NCBI GenBank assembly: GCA_032718475.1
Contig: JAUCBJ010002232.1
Location: 1-57,821, forward strand
Direction of reading: 5' to 3'
Source: Nemertoderma westbladi
Taxonomy: Eukaryota > Animalia > Xenacoelomorpha
DNA: 57,821 bases
The translations under genes were made by a program, and so were the position numbers. Positions 1-10,345 of this stretch are shown one piece after another. Positions within the stretch are counted from its first letter, which is position 1. The number at the start of each line of letters is the position of its first letter. Below the pieces are notes generated by a model. It was not told the DNA's origin and ran no database searches. It saw only the letters and a list, made by a program, of their open reading frames with translations.

Positions 1-3000
1 TAGCAGCCGACCGGTGTCCACGGAGACACATGAGGGCCGACCGCAACAACGCGAAGTTCAACTTTCGCCGAACCCATGTGATGCACTCCGCATACCGCGT
101 TTCTCGCTTCTCCGCCAGGCGGTGCGCCAACCGCTTCACCAGATGTATGGCCGAAGGCGCCATACCACCAAACGCGGAGAATATCAGAGGCGTGAAGGTG
201 GCGTGTTCCACCTCCCTCACTCGTTCCTGATACTTTAGGTTCTTCCGCGCTTCATGGTAAAGGTGGGCTGACGGTAGGGACATGGCAGCATTAGTTTCTG
301 CCAGTGGATTGAAGACTGAGACGTCTAGGAACGTCTTCTGGAACCGATTGCCCCAGAAGCCGCTCACTGAGACGTCCAATCTCGCCAGCTGGTCCGTTGA
401 AGTGCTGCGGTGTTCAAACTGCTCGCCCGTTAGCGGTTGGAGGACTGGCTCCACAGCCACATTATGTGACACCTCCGTCAGAGCATCAGCGACAAAGTCC
501 CGGATCTCGTTGTGCCTGATGGAAGGAAATCCTCCAGTGGGGCACGACAGAACGTGGGTAGGAGAAAATCGCTCCCCACAGACACAACGAGACGGTAGAG
601 ACTTTGGCATCCACCCATATCGGAGGCACAGGGCATCCCTGAATTCACCCTTGTCCAGGTGGGTGTCCTGGAGGATGAGTGGCTTGGTGTTGAGCCAGAT
701 AGAAGCGCCCTTTTCGGTGGTCAGTCCGTGGAGCCGCCGCTGGGGAGGAGATAATATTCCCACCACTTCCTCTCTCTTTTCCATCGACTGGAGCAGCGCC
801 TCTACCTTCAACCTGCCCACCACCTCCTTTTGTTTCTCCCGGACCTGCGCCATTGTATCTGGTGTGGCGCTGATGAATGGCTCACAGACCCGAAGCGAGC
901 TGGTATACTGATGTGACAGGTCAGTGGGCACCGGAATGCCGATACCCCCGTCACGGACTGGCAGGGAAAGTAACAGGCGTTCCTCTTTTGAGATGGCTGG
1001 CCGATCGGTGAGACGGCAAAGGAATCGATTTACAGCCTCCTCCAACAGGGTGAGATGGGCTGGCGCGGTGGATACAACACGGGTGATGAACCGCCACCGA
1101 CAGGCAAGGCCAAACGCGAGGCCCGCGTACGCACAGTGGGGGTCCACTGCTGCCACCCCTGCGAGACGATCCACTTCCATGGCGAACTCCTGAGCCTTCT
1201 CTTCTAGGAACGTGGTGCGATACTCCTCAGTGCCAACAACCCCGCCGAGTAGCTCATGGCCTGTCGTGTTGATGGTGACACCAGTATTGGCGAAAAGAAT
1301 CTCAGCCTCTTCCAACATTGCTGGTTTCACTGTGAGGTGACACTTGGATGGGAAGTAGCCGAAGAGAGGACCCCTTGTGGTAGCGACCTCTAGGAAGGCC
1401 CGTAGGTCAGTGAGTTTTCCTGCCGCATTGCCATCATCCGCATACCACCGCTGTGTGGCCTTGCTTGCACGTCCCAACTCAGCTAATAGTGGCATAATGG
1501 AGCACCCATACATCGCCATGGCAATGGGGTCACCCTGTGTGGTCCCCTCTTCAGAGAGCAACGTCTCCCCTCCCACAAAGAGTCGAGCTGGTTCGCTGTA
1601 GCAATTGGTGACTACGGTGAGAAGGGCAGGGCAGACAACTCCAATGTTGTGGAGGGCAGCCGAACGGTTCAGTACGTTGAAGGCGTTTGTAGCGTCTATC
1701 TGTAGAACCCCGTCACAGTCGTCCGAGTCCCACTCCATCGTGAGGCTGTGGATGGCGAATTCAATGCCAGCCTTCTGACCCAGGCAGAGTTGGGTGTTCC
1801 CACCGACAGACTCAAGATCCTGACGGATACAATGGGTGATAGATTTACCTATGACGCGGCGCAACACCTCACCTATCCCTATGGGTCTGACGCCCGGGTT
1901 TTTGTCCAGTGCAATAAGTCTGGCAGACAGTAGCGCAGATAGAGACCCCTGAGAAGTCTTGGTCTGTGCGAGTTGTTTCGCCAAGTCTGCGATCCTCTCA
2001 CCCAGCTCGGAAGACTGTGTCCGAAACCGGGTAAGGAGGTGCTTCCAACCCTGAACATCAACTCCCGATGGACCCGCGGCGTTTCCCTTCATTCTAAGCA
2101 AGCTCCCAAGGATGAGCTTCCCATCGATCGCCTCAAACACAACGCTGTGGTGCTGTGGCGCCTCAGGGAAGTGCGATAGCAGGGTCGACTCGTCTGCGGG
2201 CTGCGCTGGAGGATGTTTCGCTCGCAGAACATCCCGGACCACCTTGGTTTTCCCATCTTTGTCCGTGAATGAGTCATTCAGACTCAGTGGAGAACCGCGG
2301 TGTAACTGTCCAAGAACTCTCGTCGCCGCCGAAATATTCCCAGTCAGCATGTGGCGGGTGAACGCCTTCTGGAGTGCTATGTCCTGAGAGGCTGGGGGTC
2401 GTCGCTTAGGAAGGTGTGTCTGAATGGCCCTGGCCTCCACCATGAGTTCGTCAAATTTTGCTTCCCTCCAGCTCACTAGACGGCGTTGGAGAATGTGCCG
2501 GTGTGTGGCCGTGGTGGAAGACCGACTGGGTTTCTGTAAGAGGAGAGCTGGCAATATCATCACTGCCGTGAGGGCGACCTCATGTAGGGGATTGTCACTG
2601 ATTGCCAGCGCCAACAACCGAGAAATCTCTGCCACCAATTCTCTACCCACGGCCCCCTGAGGAACCAGGAATAGGTTTGGCCTCCAGTGTACTATGCTGT
2701 TGTACACTGTGTTGATTGACTCTATTATTTGGTGCCTGGGCAAGGATTCATTGAACCATACCGCGGAGTCGACTCGACTTGTTGAAGTGAGTCCAACACT
2801 GGACAGGGAGGATGGCAGAGGTCGACCGATAGATGCCGAGGGTGCCAACTGGACTGGTGGGGGACCTGGCTGGATCGCTGGGGGACCCGACCGGACTGAA
2901 GGGGGACCCGACTGGTCTGAAGGGGGACCCGACTGGACTGCTGGGGGACCCGACTGGACTCCTGAGGGACCCGACTGGTCTGATGGGGGACCTGACTGGA

Positions 3001-4126
3001 CTGCTGGGGGACCCGACTGGACTCCTGAGGGACCCGACTGGTCTGAAGGGGGACCCAACTGGACTGCTGGGGGACCCGACTGGACTGATGGGGGACCCGA
3101 CTGGTCTGAAGGGGGACCCGACTGGACTGCTGGGGGACCCGACTGGACTCCTGAGGGACCCGACTGGTCTGATGGGGGACCCGACTGGTCTGAAGGGGGA
3201 CCCGACTGGACTGCTGGGGGACCCGACTGGACTCCTGAGGGACCCGACTGGTCTGATGGGGGACCCGACTGGACTGCTGGGGGACCCGACTGGACTCCTG
3301 AGGGACCCGACTGGTCTGAAGGGGGACCCGACTGGACTGCTGGGGGACCCGACTGGACTCCTGAGGGACCCGACTGGTCTGATGGGGGACCCAACTGATC
3401 TGCTGGGGGACCCGACTGGACTGATGGGGGACCCGACTGGGACTGCTGGGCGATCCGACTGGACTGGACATATGGGGGACCCGACTGGACTGATGGGGGA
3501 CCCGACTGGACTGCTGGGCGCACCGACTGGACTGATGAGGGACCCAACTGGACTGATGGGGGACCCGACTGGACTGCTGGGCGCACCGACTGGACTGCAG
3601 GGGGACCCGACTGGACTGAAGGGGGACCAGACTGGACTGCTGAGGGAACGGACTGGACTGCTCGGGGATCTGAAAAGTTCGGGGTCTGAAGTATAACGTC
3701 TTTAACTGCTGACCCCAAAGCAGACCCTGTAACGGGGCTCCGAATCCTAGATATGATGGCACTGGCCCTCGCTCGTGCTGCGCCCGGAGACCAAACTGGA
3801 GAGTTAAATGATGCTGACGCACTGGCAGCTAGCGGATTATCCTGGACGATCGGGGATCCACCCAGTATAGTTTCGTCCTGATCCATCAATGTATCGTCCG
3901 CTGGACTTTCCAAAGCAGCGCAAGAGTTAAGCGGCTGTGAGACTGACGGCTGGGAGAACGAAGGTCGTTCGTGGCGATCCGGTAGAGGTTGAGAGGAAGG
4001 GTGCTGGCTGTTCTCGCAATTACCGTTTCTTCCTGGGGCACACGATAAGCACCGCAAGCTATTCCTGACGCATATACATTTCTTGCAGCGCCCGGACCGT
4101 CCATTGCAGCCACAACAAGCTGCCAT
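1..4126 (-). CDS. CRE-like polyprotein (>1370 aa): N-terminal Cys-rich domain, 7-aa repeat region, reverse transcriptase, CCHC zinc knuckle and RLE endonuclease
   Basis: Manual translation from ATG 4126: MAACCGCNGRSGRCKKCICVRNSLRCLSCAPGRNGNCEN ... (SGPPAVQ)n ... VHWRPNLFLVPQG ... LLLQKPS ... PGVRPIGIGEVLRR ... GTTQGDPIAM ... WYADD (1444) ... CVCGERFSPTHVLSC ... RHNEIRD ... RLDVSVSGFW ... LRSALMCLRG. All motifs are in one frame. No stops in the segments I translated; the frame is open at position 1. Confidence 0.88.
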   Translation of the reverse strand, partial: MAACCGCNGRSGRCKKCICVRNSLRCLSCAPGRNGNCENSQHPSSQPLPDRHERPSFSQPSVSQPLNSCAALESPADDTLMDQDETILGGSPIVQDNPLAASASASFNSPVWSPGAARARASAIISRIRSPVTGSALGSAVKDVILQTPNFSDPRAVQSVPSAVQSGPPSVQSGPPAVQSVRPAVQSGPPSVQLGPSSVQSVRPAVQSGPPSVQSGPPYVQSSRIAQQSQSGPPSVQSGPPADQLGPPSDQSGPSGVQSGPPAVQSGPPSDQSGPSGVQSGPPAVQSGPPSDQSGPSGVQSGPPAVQSGPPSDQSGPPSDQSGPSGVQSGPPAVQSGPPSDQSGPPSVQSGPPAVQLGPPSDQSGPSGVQSGPPAVQSGPPSDQSGPSGVQSGPPAVQSGPPSDQSGPPSVRSGPPAIQPGPPPVQLAPSASIGRPLPSSLSSVGLTSTSRVDSAVWFNESLPRHQIIESINTVYNSIVHWRPNLFLVPQGAVGRELVAEISRLLALAISDNPLHEVALTAVMILPALLLQKPSRSSTTATHRHILQRRLVSWREAKFDELMVEARAIQTHLPKRRPPASQDIALQKAFTRHMLTGNISAATRVLGQLHRGSPLSLNDSFTDKDGKTKVVRDVLRAKHPPAQPADESTLLSHFPEAPQHHSVVFEAIDGKLILGSLLRMKGNAAGPSGVDVQGWKHLLTRFRTQSSELGERIADLAKQLAQTKTSQGSLSALLSARLIALDKNPGVRPIGIGEVLRRVIGKSITHCIRQDLESVGGNTQLCLGQKAGIEFAIHSLTMEWDSDDCDGVLQIDATNAFNVLNRSAALHNIGVVCPALLTVVTNCYSEPARLFVGGETLLSEEGTTQGDPIAMAMYGCSIMPLLAELGRASKATQRWYADDGNAAGKLTDLRAFLEVATTRGPLFGYFPSKCHLTVKPAMLEEAEILFANTGVTINTTGHELLGGVVGTEEYRTTFLEEKAQEFAMEVDRLAGVAAVDPHCAYAGLAFGLACRWRFITRVVSTAPAHLTLLEEAVNRFLCRLTDRPAISKEERLLLSLPVRDGGIGIPVPTDLSHQYTSSLRVCEPFISATPDTMAQVREKQKEVVGRLKVEALLQSMEKREEVVGILSPPQRRLHGLTTEKGASIWLNTKPLILQDTHLDKGEFRDALCLRYGWMPKSLPSRCVCGERFSPTHVLSCPTGGFPSIRHNEIRDFVADALTEVSHNVAVEPVLQPLTGEQFEHRSTSTDQLARLDVSVSGFWGNRFQKTFLDVSVFNPLAETNAAMSLPSAHLYHEARKNLKYQERVREVEHATFTPLIFSAFGGMAPSAIHLVKRLAHRLAEKRETRYAECITWVRRKLNFALLRSALMCLRGHRSAA
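2849..3660. repeat. 21-bp coding minisatellite (~38 units) inside the CRE ORF
   Basis: Unit GGGGACCCGACTGG(ACTGCTG/TCTGAAG/ACTCCTG). Encodes SGPPAVQ/SGPSGVQ/SGPPSDQ in the CRE frame. Confidence 0.95.
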
Positions 4127-4314
4127 CAAAACGCCGGCTGCAGTGACGCGTTCACTCGAATAGAGAGGCGACACAATCAGAAATATATAATTTGGCGCCA
4201 CAAAGTCTGACAGTTGTCAAGGCAGTAGTCAGTACAGCAGTACAGTTGTATTGAGTTGTACAGTGATATTATTGTTGGTAGATACGGTGTCACTCAAGTA
4301 CTTGTTGGTCAAGC

Positions 4315-4412
4315 ACTGCCTGAAGTACTGCCTGAAGTACTGCGTGAAGTACTGCCTGAAGTACTGCCTGAAGTACTGCCTGAAGTACTGCCCTGAGTTC
4401 TGGGTGAAGTAC
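4315..4412. repeat. 12-bp tandem repeat in the CRE 5' UTR
   Basis: (ACTGCCTGAAGT) about 6.5 copies plus degenerate copies. Confidence 0.9.
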
Positions 4413-4897
4413 TACCTCTACGCTGCACCCCTGATACGTGCCCGCGCTAACCTCTTCACCCAACCCACAAACAATGCGAATATGGCCGCGGGCGGTAGTC
4501 GGCACCGAATCACCCGCATTGAATCCTTCGGTTGTGTCAACGCATCGTTTCGGCAAGATCCGTTGTTCCACCAGGTCGGGTAAAGTGGATCCGTCTGTCT
4601 TCACAGACATTGGCCTAATGGATCTCCTTTGTATCTGCCTGCAGGATGGACGGTCGGTCGGCAGATTGATAAATCGGGGTTTCTTAGAAAAATATTAATT
4701 CTATGCGAGTTCCTTGTTTATGGTGGATTTGTACCCATAGTACTGTAGTAATAGTTGCCATAAGAAATCATAGAACTTTTCATTGACATTCGGCAGCTTT
4801 GTTGTACAACACGTTAAATTAGCTCCATATTGAAAGGTCACACTGTTTGCATTGAGTGATGAATATGAATTTTGCAAATTATTATGTGGCCTAATAT

Positions 4898-5097
4898 GAT
4901 GTTAGGACAATTGCGACCTGGACAATTGCGACCCGGACAATTGCGACCCGGACAATTGCGACCCGGACAATTGCGACCCTTGGTTTTAGAAAAAATTGAT
5001 GGGTCGCAATTGACCGGGTCGCAATTGTCCGGGTCGCAATTGTCCGGGTCGCAATTGTCCGGGTCGCAATCGTCCGGGTCGCAATTGTCCGGACTCC
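4898..5097. mobile_element. Foldback MITE, probably Mutator/MULE-type (non-autonomous)
   Basis: 5 copies of GGACAATTGCGACCC, then 6 inverted copies. Flanked by the 9-bp direct repeat GCCTAATAT (4889-4897 and 5098-5106). Confidence 0.85.
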
Positions 5098-5890
5098 GCC
5101 TAATATTATCATTAGAAAGACTTGAAGTTACCATGATCTGAGACCCGATTATCAGACAGAGCATTGAGTCAACCTGTAATTATTTATCGTTTTAAATTCC
5201 TAGAATATAAACCGAGTAACTTGCTTTTTCTGTTTACATCATCAAACTAATTAGAAAACAAATTGTACATTGTAATTCATCTGTTCCAGAATGCCAGATA
5301 GCTGTATGTGAAATTTTATACGAAAAAGACTTTCAAGAGGAACAGCTACAATGATGTCAACAGTACTACTCATACAACCAATGATATTTTTAATATTAAA
5401 TGTAGAAAGGTGTCAATTTTGTCGGAGGGCGTGGTCCAATGGGTTCTCTTGCCGTCGAGATTGCCCTAAGGCAGCATCACAAAAGCAACATGAGGCACAT
5501 ATTGTATATACAGTGCCTACAAGATACGACAACACCATAGACGGTACAGGGGGCCACACCCTCCCTCACTATTGTGACACCTTGTTACTTAATGACTCAA
5601 CCGTATTTATACCGTCTAAGTAACAAGTTAGATTCTACTAATACAATAATGGTTAAACATTTTACCCACTTGGAAATAAGAATCATTATACATTCATATG
5701 CATTAATCCAAAATAACATAATGTTATGTGGTTGTTTACCATAAGATCATGTCAATTGCGCTAATTAATAACAAATCTACTGCTAATTCACGGGTGTAAA
5801 GCGCAACGCCGACAGGCGTTATAAATGTTAATGGAAATGAGCAGGTTACAGTAGCAGCAGGCTATTTCTAACCAAAACAATATAACAAGA

Positions 5891-6005
5891 AATTATGTAA
5901 CAGCTTCATTTTTATATAATAACGGTTTACACCCCTAGTACACTAATTTTGCTAATTATGTAACTCTGGCGTTAGCAGATTTGCAAAGCCACCATCTTCA
6001 GCTTC

Positions 6006-6011
<6 letters not shown>
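5891..6011 (+). repeat. ~120-bp direct repeat, left copy (putative long TSD)
   Basis: Nearly identical to 8754-8880. Confidence 0.92.

Positions 6012-6077
<66 letters not shown>
6007..6077. repeat. (TAA)n microsatellite, the LINE 3' tail
   Basis: About 23 perfect TAA units. Confidence 0.95.
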
Positions 6078-6520
6078 TTATTTATAACGCGCCTTTTAAG
6101 GGCAATAAATCAAGGCGCACGTACGCGTACACAATTAGTTAATTACTACATAATGACATTACAATCAATAATTGTATACTTTAAAATCAATAATGTTTAA
6201 AAATTACGGTATGTACTAATTAAAAAATATATAATGAACAAACAGAAGTCATGATTCGATAATTACACGTTCGTGGGGACTTCGCGCAGCACGAGGCCTA
6301 GTTATTATATACAAATTAAAATGCAGCGACTGTATCACAAAATCAGGTTTTGAGAAATTTACCCACACCACCAATCAATCAAAGAAAGGTGGACAGTACG
6401 TGTTCACCCCTTTTAATCTCCCCCCCCCCCCCCCCCCCACCCTTCCCAACCACCAATACATAACCGCGACATCTACCACCCACGGAAGGGTAGCACGAAC
6501 TTATTTCCAATCGCACGTTA

Positions 6521-6810
6521 AATATGCAAAGCCAGGTGGTTTATAGGAATATAATAAACGCAGTACTCGTTTTCATTATAAGCCTCTTTGCGTTCGTCCT
6601 GTTTTGTATTTAAATATATTTCTTAAACGCAAGCTAGGACGATCTTTATAATAATAATAACTAGGGATGCGATCAATATGTGAAGCCAGGTGGTTTATAT
6701 AATAATTTAGTCAACGCAGTACTCGTCTTCATTATATGCCTCGTTGCGCTCGTCGCTTGTCCTGTTTTGTCATAAAATATTTTTCCTAAACGCAGACTGA
6801 CGATCTTTAT
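6521..6810. repeat. Diverged ~155-bp tandem duplication
   Basis: AATATG..AAGCCAGGTGGTTTATA...AACGCAGTACTCGT...GACGATCTTTATA occurs twice. Confidence 0.75.
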
Positions 6811-7419
6811 ACAGTTATAACTATGCGAAGTTTCGAAACTGTGCGAGTAACTGTTGATACATCTATGTGGAGATGTGTGATATGTGGAGATGTGTGATAC
6901 AACGCCAACGCATCTTATGCCGATGTAGTAATATGGGTATTGAAATAATATTAAATCAATGTACACTCTTAAAGCTGCAGCGAAAAAATGTAGCTAATTT
7001 CCTAGGTTACATATAAAATAATAATATTATTTTTAAGAACATTAATTTTACTACTTTGCAAAAATTCAATTAAAAAATAACCAGACATATACATTGTGGA
7101 ATAAACTATTTCAGAAGCCTACAACAGCCATGCCATGGATTGTATTTATGTTATTATATCTGTCATTTAACTGAGATAGCAATAGTAGTAATAGTCGAAC
7201 GGTTATGCGGCCCGTCCAGCCTATAATAAACACAATTCAGTGATTGGGCTGGAATAGCAATACTGGTTGCCTCTATTACAATTCCTCTCAGGTTAGTCTA
7301 CAGCCACAACTCCCAGCAGCTAGCTCCACACCAGCAGAGACTTGACCAATAATGGGAAGGATTAAATTTGTACTCAATAATTGTGCGGTTTAATTACGTT
7401 TAGATCAATTAAAGACACA

Positions 7420-7830
7420 TTTATTAAAGCAAATCACTTAAACTAATTAAAAACTATAATAGAATGGCGTATGGGGATTATATCTGTATAATTTTTAAGT
7501 ATAATTATTTAAATCTTATACTGTAAAACAATTAATTTCCTTTAAAAGGCAGGTTGAAAATGGCGTTTTCACCGCAATCAACTTAATTAACTAATTAAGT
7601 GCTATTATCTTAGCTTCTCGAAGGCCACACGGAAATTCTACTTGGAAAATTTATAAACTTTTGCCAAACAACATGTGTACCAAGTTTGGATAGATTTCAT
7701 CAAAGATTGGCCGAGTTATTAACGTTTAAAATTGAACACGACAGAACGACAGAACGACAGAACGACAGGTTGATTAATGGTACCACTACGCTAAGGCTCA
7801 CTCACTTCGTGGCTCGCCCCACAATATTAA
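7420..7830 (+). mobile_element. Possible Helentron-associated (HINE/DINE-1-like) non-autonomous element
   Basis: ACCAAGTTTG motif followed by a (GACAGAAC)n microsatellite and a short GC-rich 3' segment. Called on architecture only. Confidence 0.4.
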
Positions 7831-7971
7831 GTAAAAAGTTATTTATTACACTGTGCTGATATCTCATTAAAACAAAGCTCAATAAAAAGATAAATCCACA
7901 TCAAGTGGTATATGGGGGGGGGGGGGTCCATTCAGGGTTGCAAGTATTGGATACAATTAAAATATATTTGC

Positions 7972-8730
7972 CTATTGACCGTATTCTAACGAAAAGTAGT
8001 GTGTTTTCAGCCGCGACTTAAACAATTCCACGGTGTGTGCACTGCGGGCCGAATAAGGGAGAGCGTTCCATAAACGGGGCCCGGCAACTGAGAAAGCCCG
8101 CCGCCTCCCGTAACTTTCTAGCCGATAACGAGGCGCAACCAGAGTTAGTTCATCATCACGTGAACGCAGAGAACGATGAGGAATGTACCGGGTCAGCAAA
8201 TTCTTTAAATAGCTCGGAGCGTAGCCATTGAAACACTTATATACTATAAGTACAATCTTAAAGTCAATGCGTCGCAATACAGGCAACATGTGGAGATATT
8301 CGAGCACCGGTTTAATATGTTCTCGTTTCTTTGTGCCTGTAAGTAGGCGCGCCGCAGAGTTCTGGACATATTGTAGTTTGTTAATATATTTGTCTGGCAA
8401 TCCATAATATAACGAATTGTTATTATCTAAAGAGCTGGTGATAAATGCGTGGATTAGCGTTTCGAGGTCATGTTTTGCTAAACACCGCCGTATTTTTGAT
8501 AAATTTCGGATGTGGAAAAACAAAAACGCACTGCGAACAGTTAGAGATATTTGTTTACTGAACGTCATATAAAGATCCATAGTAAAGCCGATATTGCGGG
8601 CATCGGTGCTGCAGCCCACCACGTCGTTACCAATACGTATTTGTGGGTTGTCAACTGATGTGCCAAATCGCGACTGCAGTAGCAGCACTTCGGTTTTCTC
8701 GGAGTTCATCTTGAGCATATATGTGTACAT
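7972..8730 (-). pseudogene. L2 reverse transcriptase C-terminal fragment
   Basis: LKMNSEKTEVL ... LETLIHAFITSSLD ... LQYVQNSAARLLTG ... HIKPVLEYLH ... FSVAGPRLWNALP ... FKSRLKTHYF. Confidence 0.92.
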
Positions 8731-8753
8731 CGATTTCTGAACTCGTCACTTCG

Positions 8754-8880
8754 AATTATGTAACAGCTTCATTTTTATATAATAACGGTTTACACCCCTA
8801 GTAGGCCTACACTACTTTTGCTAATTATGTAACTCTGGCGTTAGCAGATTTGCAAAGCCACCATCTTCAGCTTCATAATT
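8754..8880 (+). repeat. ~120-bp direct repeat, right copy (carries a 6-bp GGCCTA insertion)
   Basis: Matches 5891-6011. Confidence 0.92.
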
Positions 8881-10277
8881 TCTATCTAATTCTATATTTT
8901 TTCAATTTTTTAGTTCGACTTATCAAAATGAAGCGGCAGTTTTCTTGCCAACCACAACAGAAGAATTCAGGCGACTCTAATCTGCTGGACTCATGTTATA
9001 TAAACTTATCGTGGGTATCTTTAATTCATTCTACATAAATATACATAAGTCTGCAACACATGCCACGAAATTATGGACCTCATGCGAATGCTAAACTACA
9101 CAAATTCCTCAGCAGTATATGCTTAATGAATTTAGAGTAGAATTGATATGTGCTCCGTGATTGAAGTCTTACTGTAAAGGATTGCTCGTGTCTTCTACAC
9201 GATAAGCTCCTAAACGGCTTTTAAAAGTATCTCAAAATATTTCCAAGTGCTAATACACTTGGAACACACTGTTTTTGGTTTCTCGGTCGAGAAGATTGAC
9301 TTGAAAATAGCTCGCATAAGACACTGTCGGTCCTTCAACGACTTGTTATGTACTGACTTCCACAACCCTTTCCAGATAGTATTAAAACACAGTGATTTCT
9401 ATTTTCCAGATGTTATTAAAATGGAATACTAATAGTGTACGGTACGTACGTAACACCTTAGAAAAACCTCTGGGAAGAGGGAAAAAGAGAAACCGGGTGA
9501 GGGATGCTTTGGGTCCGTTAGGATCCAAAATATAGCCTCGAAAAATAATACAATCCAAAATAATTGTAACCAAAATGTAGTACATAAAATAGAAAATTTT
9601 AATAGTTTCTTATGCTAAAATACTTAACGAAAAAAATAGTGGTGAAAAGTGCTAATTAACTTGGTGCGTCTTCATGCTATTGGAAACTTTGCAATATGAC
9701 TTTCTGTGTCAAAACGGGGTGGGACCGATTTGACGCAGGGCAGGAAGTTAGCTGCTACTTTGTCCTACGACTCAGAGGTTTGACCGAAGGTCGCTCCAAT
9801 GAGCCTACCGTCCGAGTGCGCAAGCACTAGAGGGCTGGTTGGCCAAAAGCTCTGTCTCAGCGGGAACTACCCACGCTCCTAAACCCCAGCTTACTAGGCG
9901 AAGTAAAGGTGAGTATAGGAACAGTCCAGCCCGACTGATGAGAACTGAGCCAAGATAACGTGCCCAGGGCCGCCATCTACAGGGCCGAGTGTTACTGACC
10001 GCATTGAATTGGTAAAATGTGGTCCCTTATAAACCCGGTTTTTGGGGCCAATGTGGAGTTGACCCTTAATTATCACTTGATAAGGATGGTGGTCTTTCCT
10101 TAGCAAGGATATGTTAAATACACGTTAAGTTATGATTGAAATTGACAAATAAACTGACCAATATTCGTATACACTCAATACTATGTCATTGAGAGTTTAT
10201 TTTGGATATAACTAGAAAGCCAGCAAGCTGTTAATACCAACATCTGCTGTCACTGTGCTCAATCCTACTGTACTTGT

Positions 10278-10345
10278 TGCTAGCTGAATAAATGGTTAGA
10301 GTGTGAGACTTCCAACCCCGGTGGTCACCAGTTCGATCCCATCTG
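10278..10345 (+). mobile_element. Degenerate tRNA-derived SINE head
   Basis: A-box-like TAGCTGAA..TGGTTAGAG and B-box GTTCGATCCC at tRNA spacing. No intact cloverleaf. Confidence 0.55.

Larger units (their letters stand above)
1..4685 (-). mobile_element. CRE-clade (restriction-like endonuclease) non-LTR retrotransposon; 3' end lies outside the window
   Basis: One long minus-strand ORF with RT and a C-terminal CCHC/RLE region. GC-rich 5' leader up to ~4685, where composition drops to AT-rich. The 5' boundary is approximate. Confidence 0.88.
6012..8753 (-). mobile_element. 5'-truncated L2-clade LINE with secondary insertions in its 3' UTR
   Basis: RT C-terminus at 7972-8730. L2-like 3' stem-loop (GCGCCTTG...AAGGCGCG-TTATAAAT) and a (TTA)n tail at 6012-6120 on the minus strand. 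Confidence 0.75.

Noticed and set aside
14-2660. Many short plus-strand ORFs
   Set aside because: Antisense shadows of the CRE RT/RLE coding region.
2694-3822. ORFs 2694-3398 (+), 2833-3696 (+, collagen-like GDPTGL) and 2725-3822 (-)
   Set aside because: Alternative-frame readings of the 21-bp repeat. The real frame is the CRE ORF.
4838-5164. Repetitive ORFs (GQLRP/DNCDP)
   Set aside because: Translations of the 15-bp foldback MITE repeats.
9934-9965. CTGATGAG as a hammerhead core
   Set aside because: No stem II followed by GAAA downstream.
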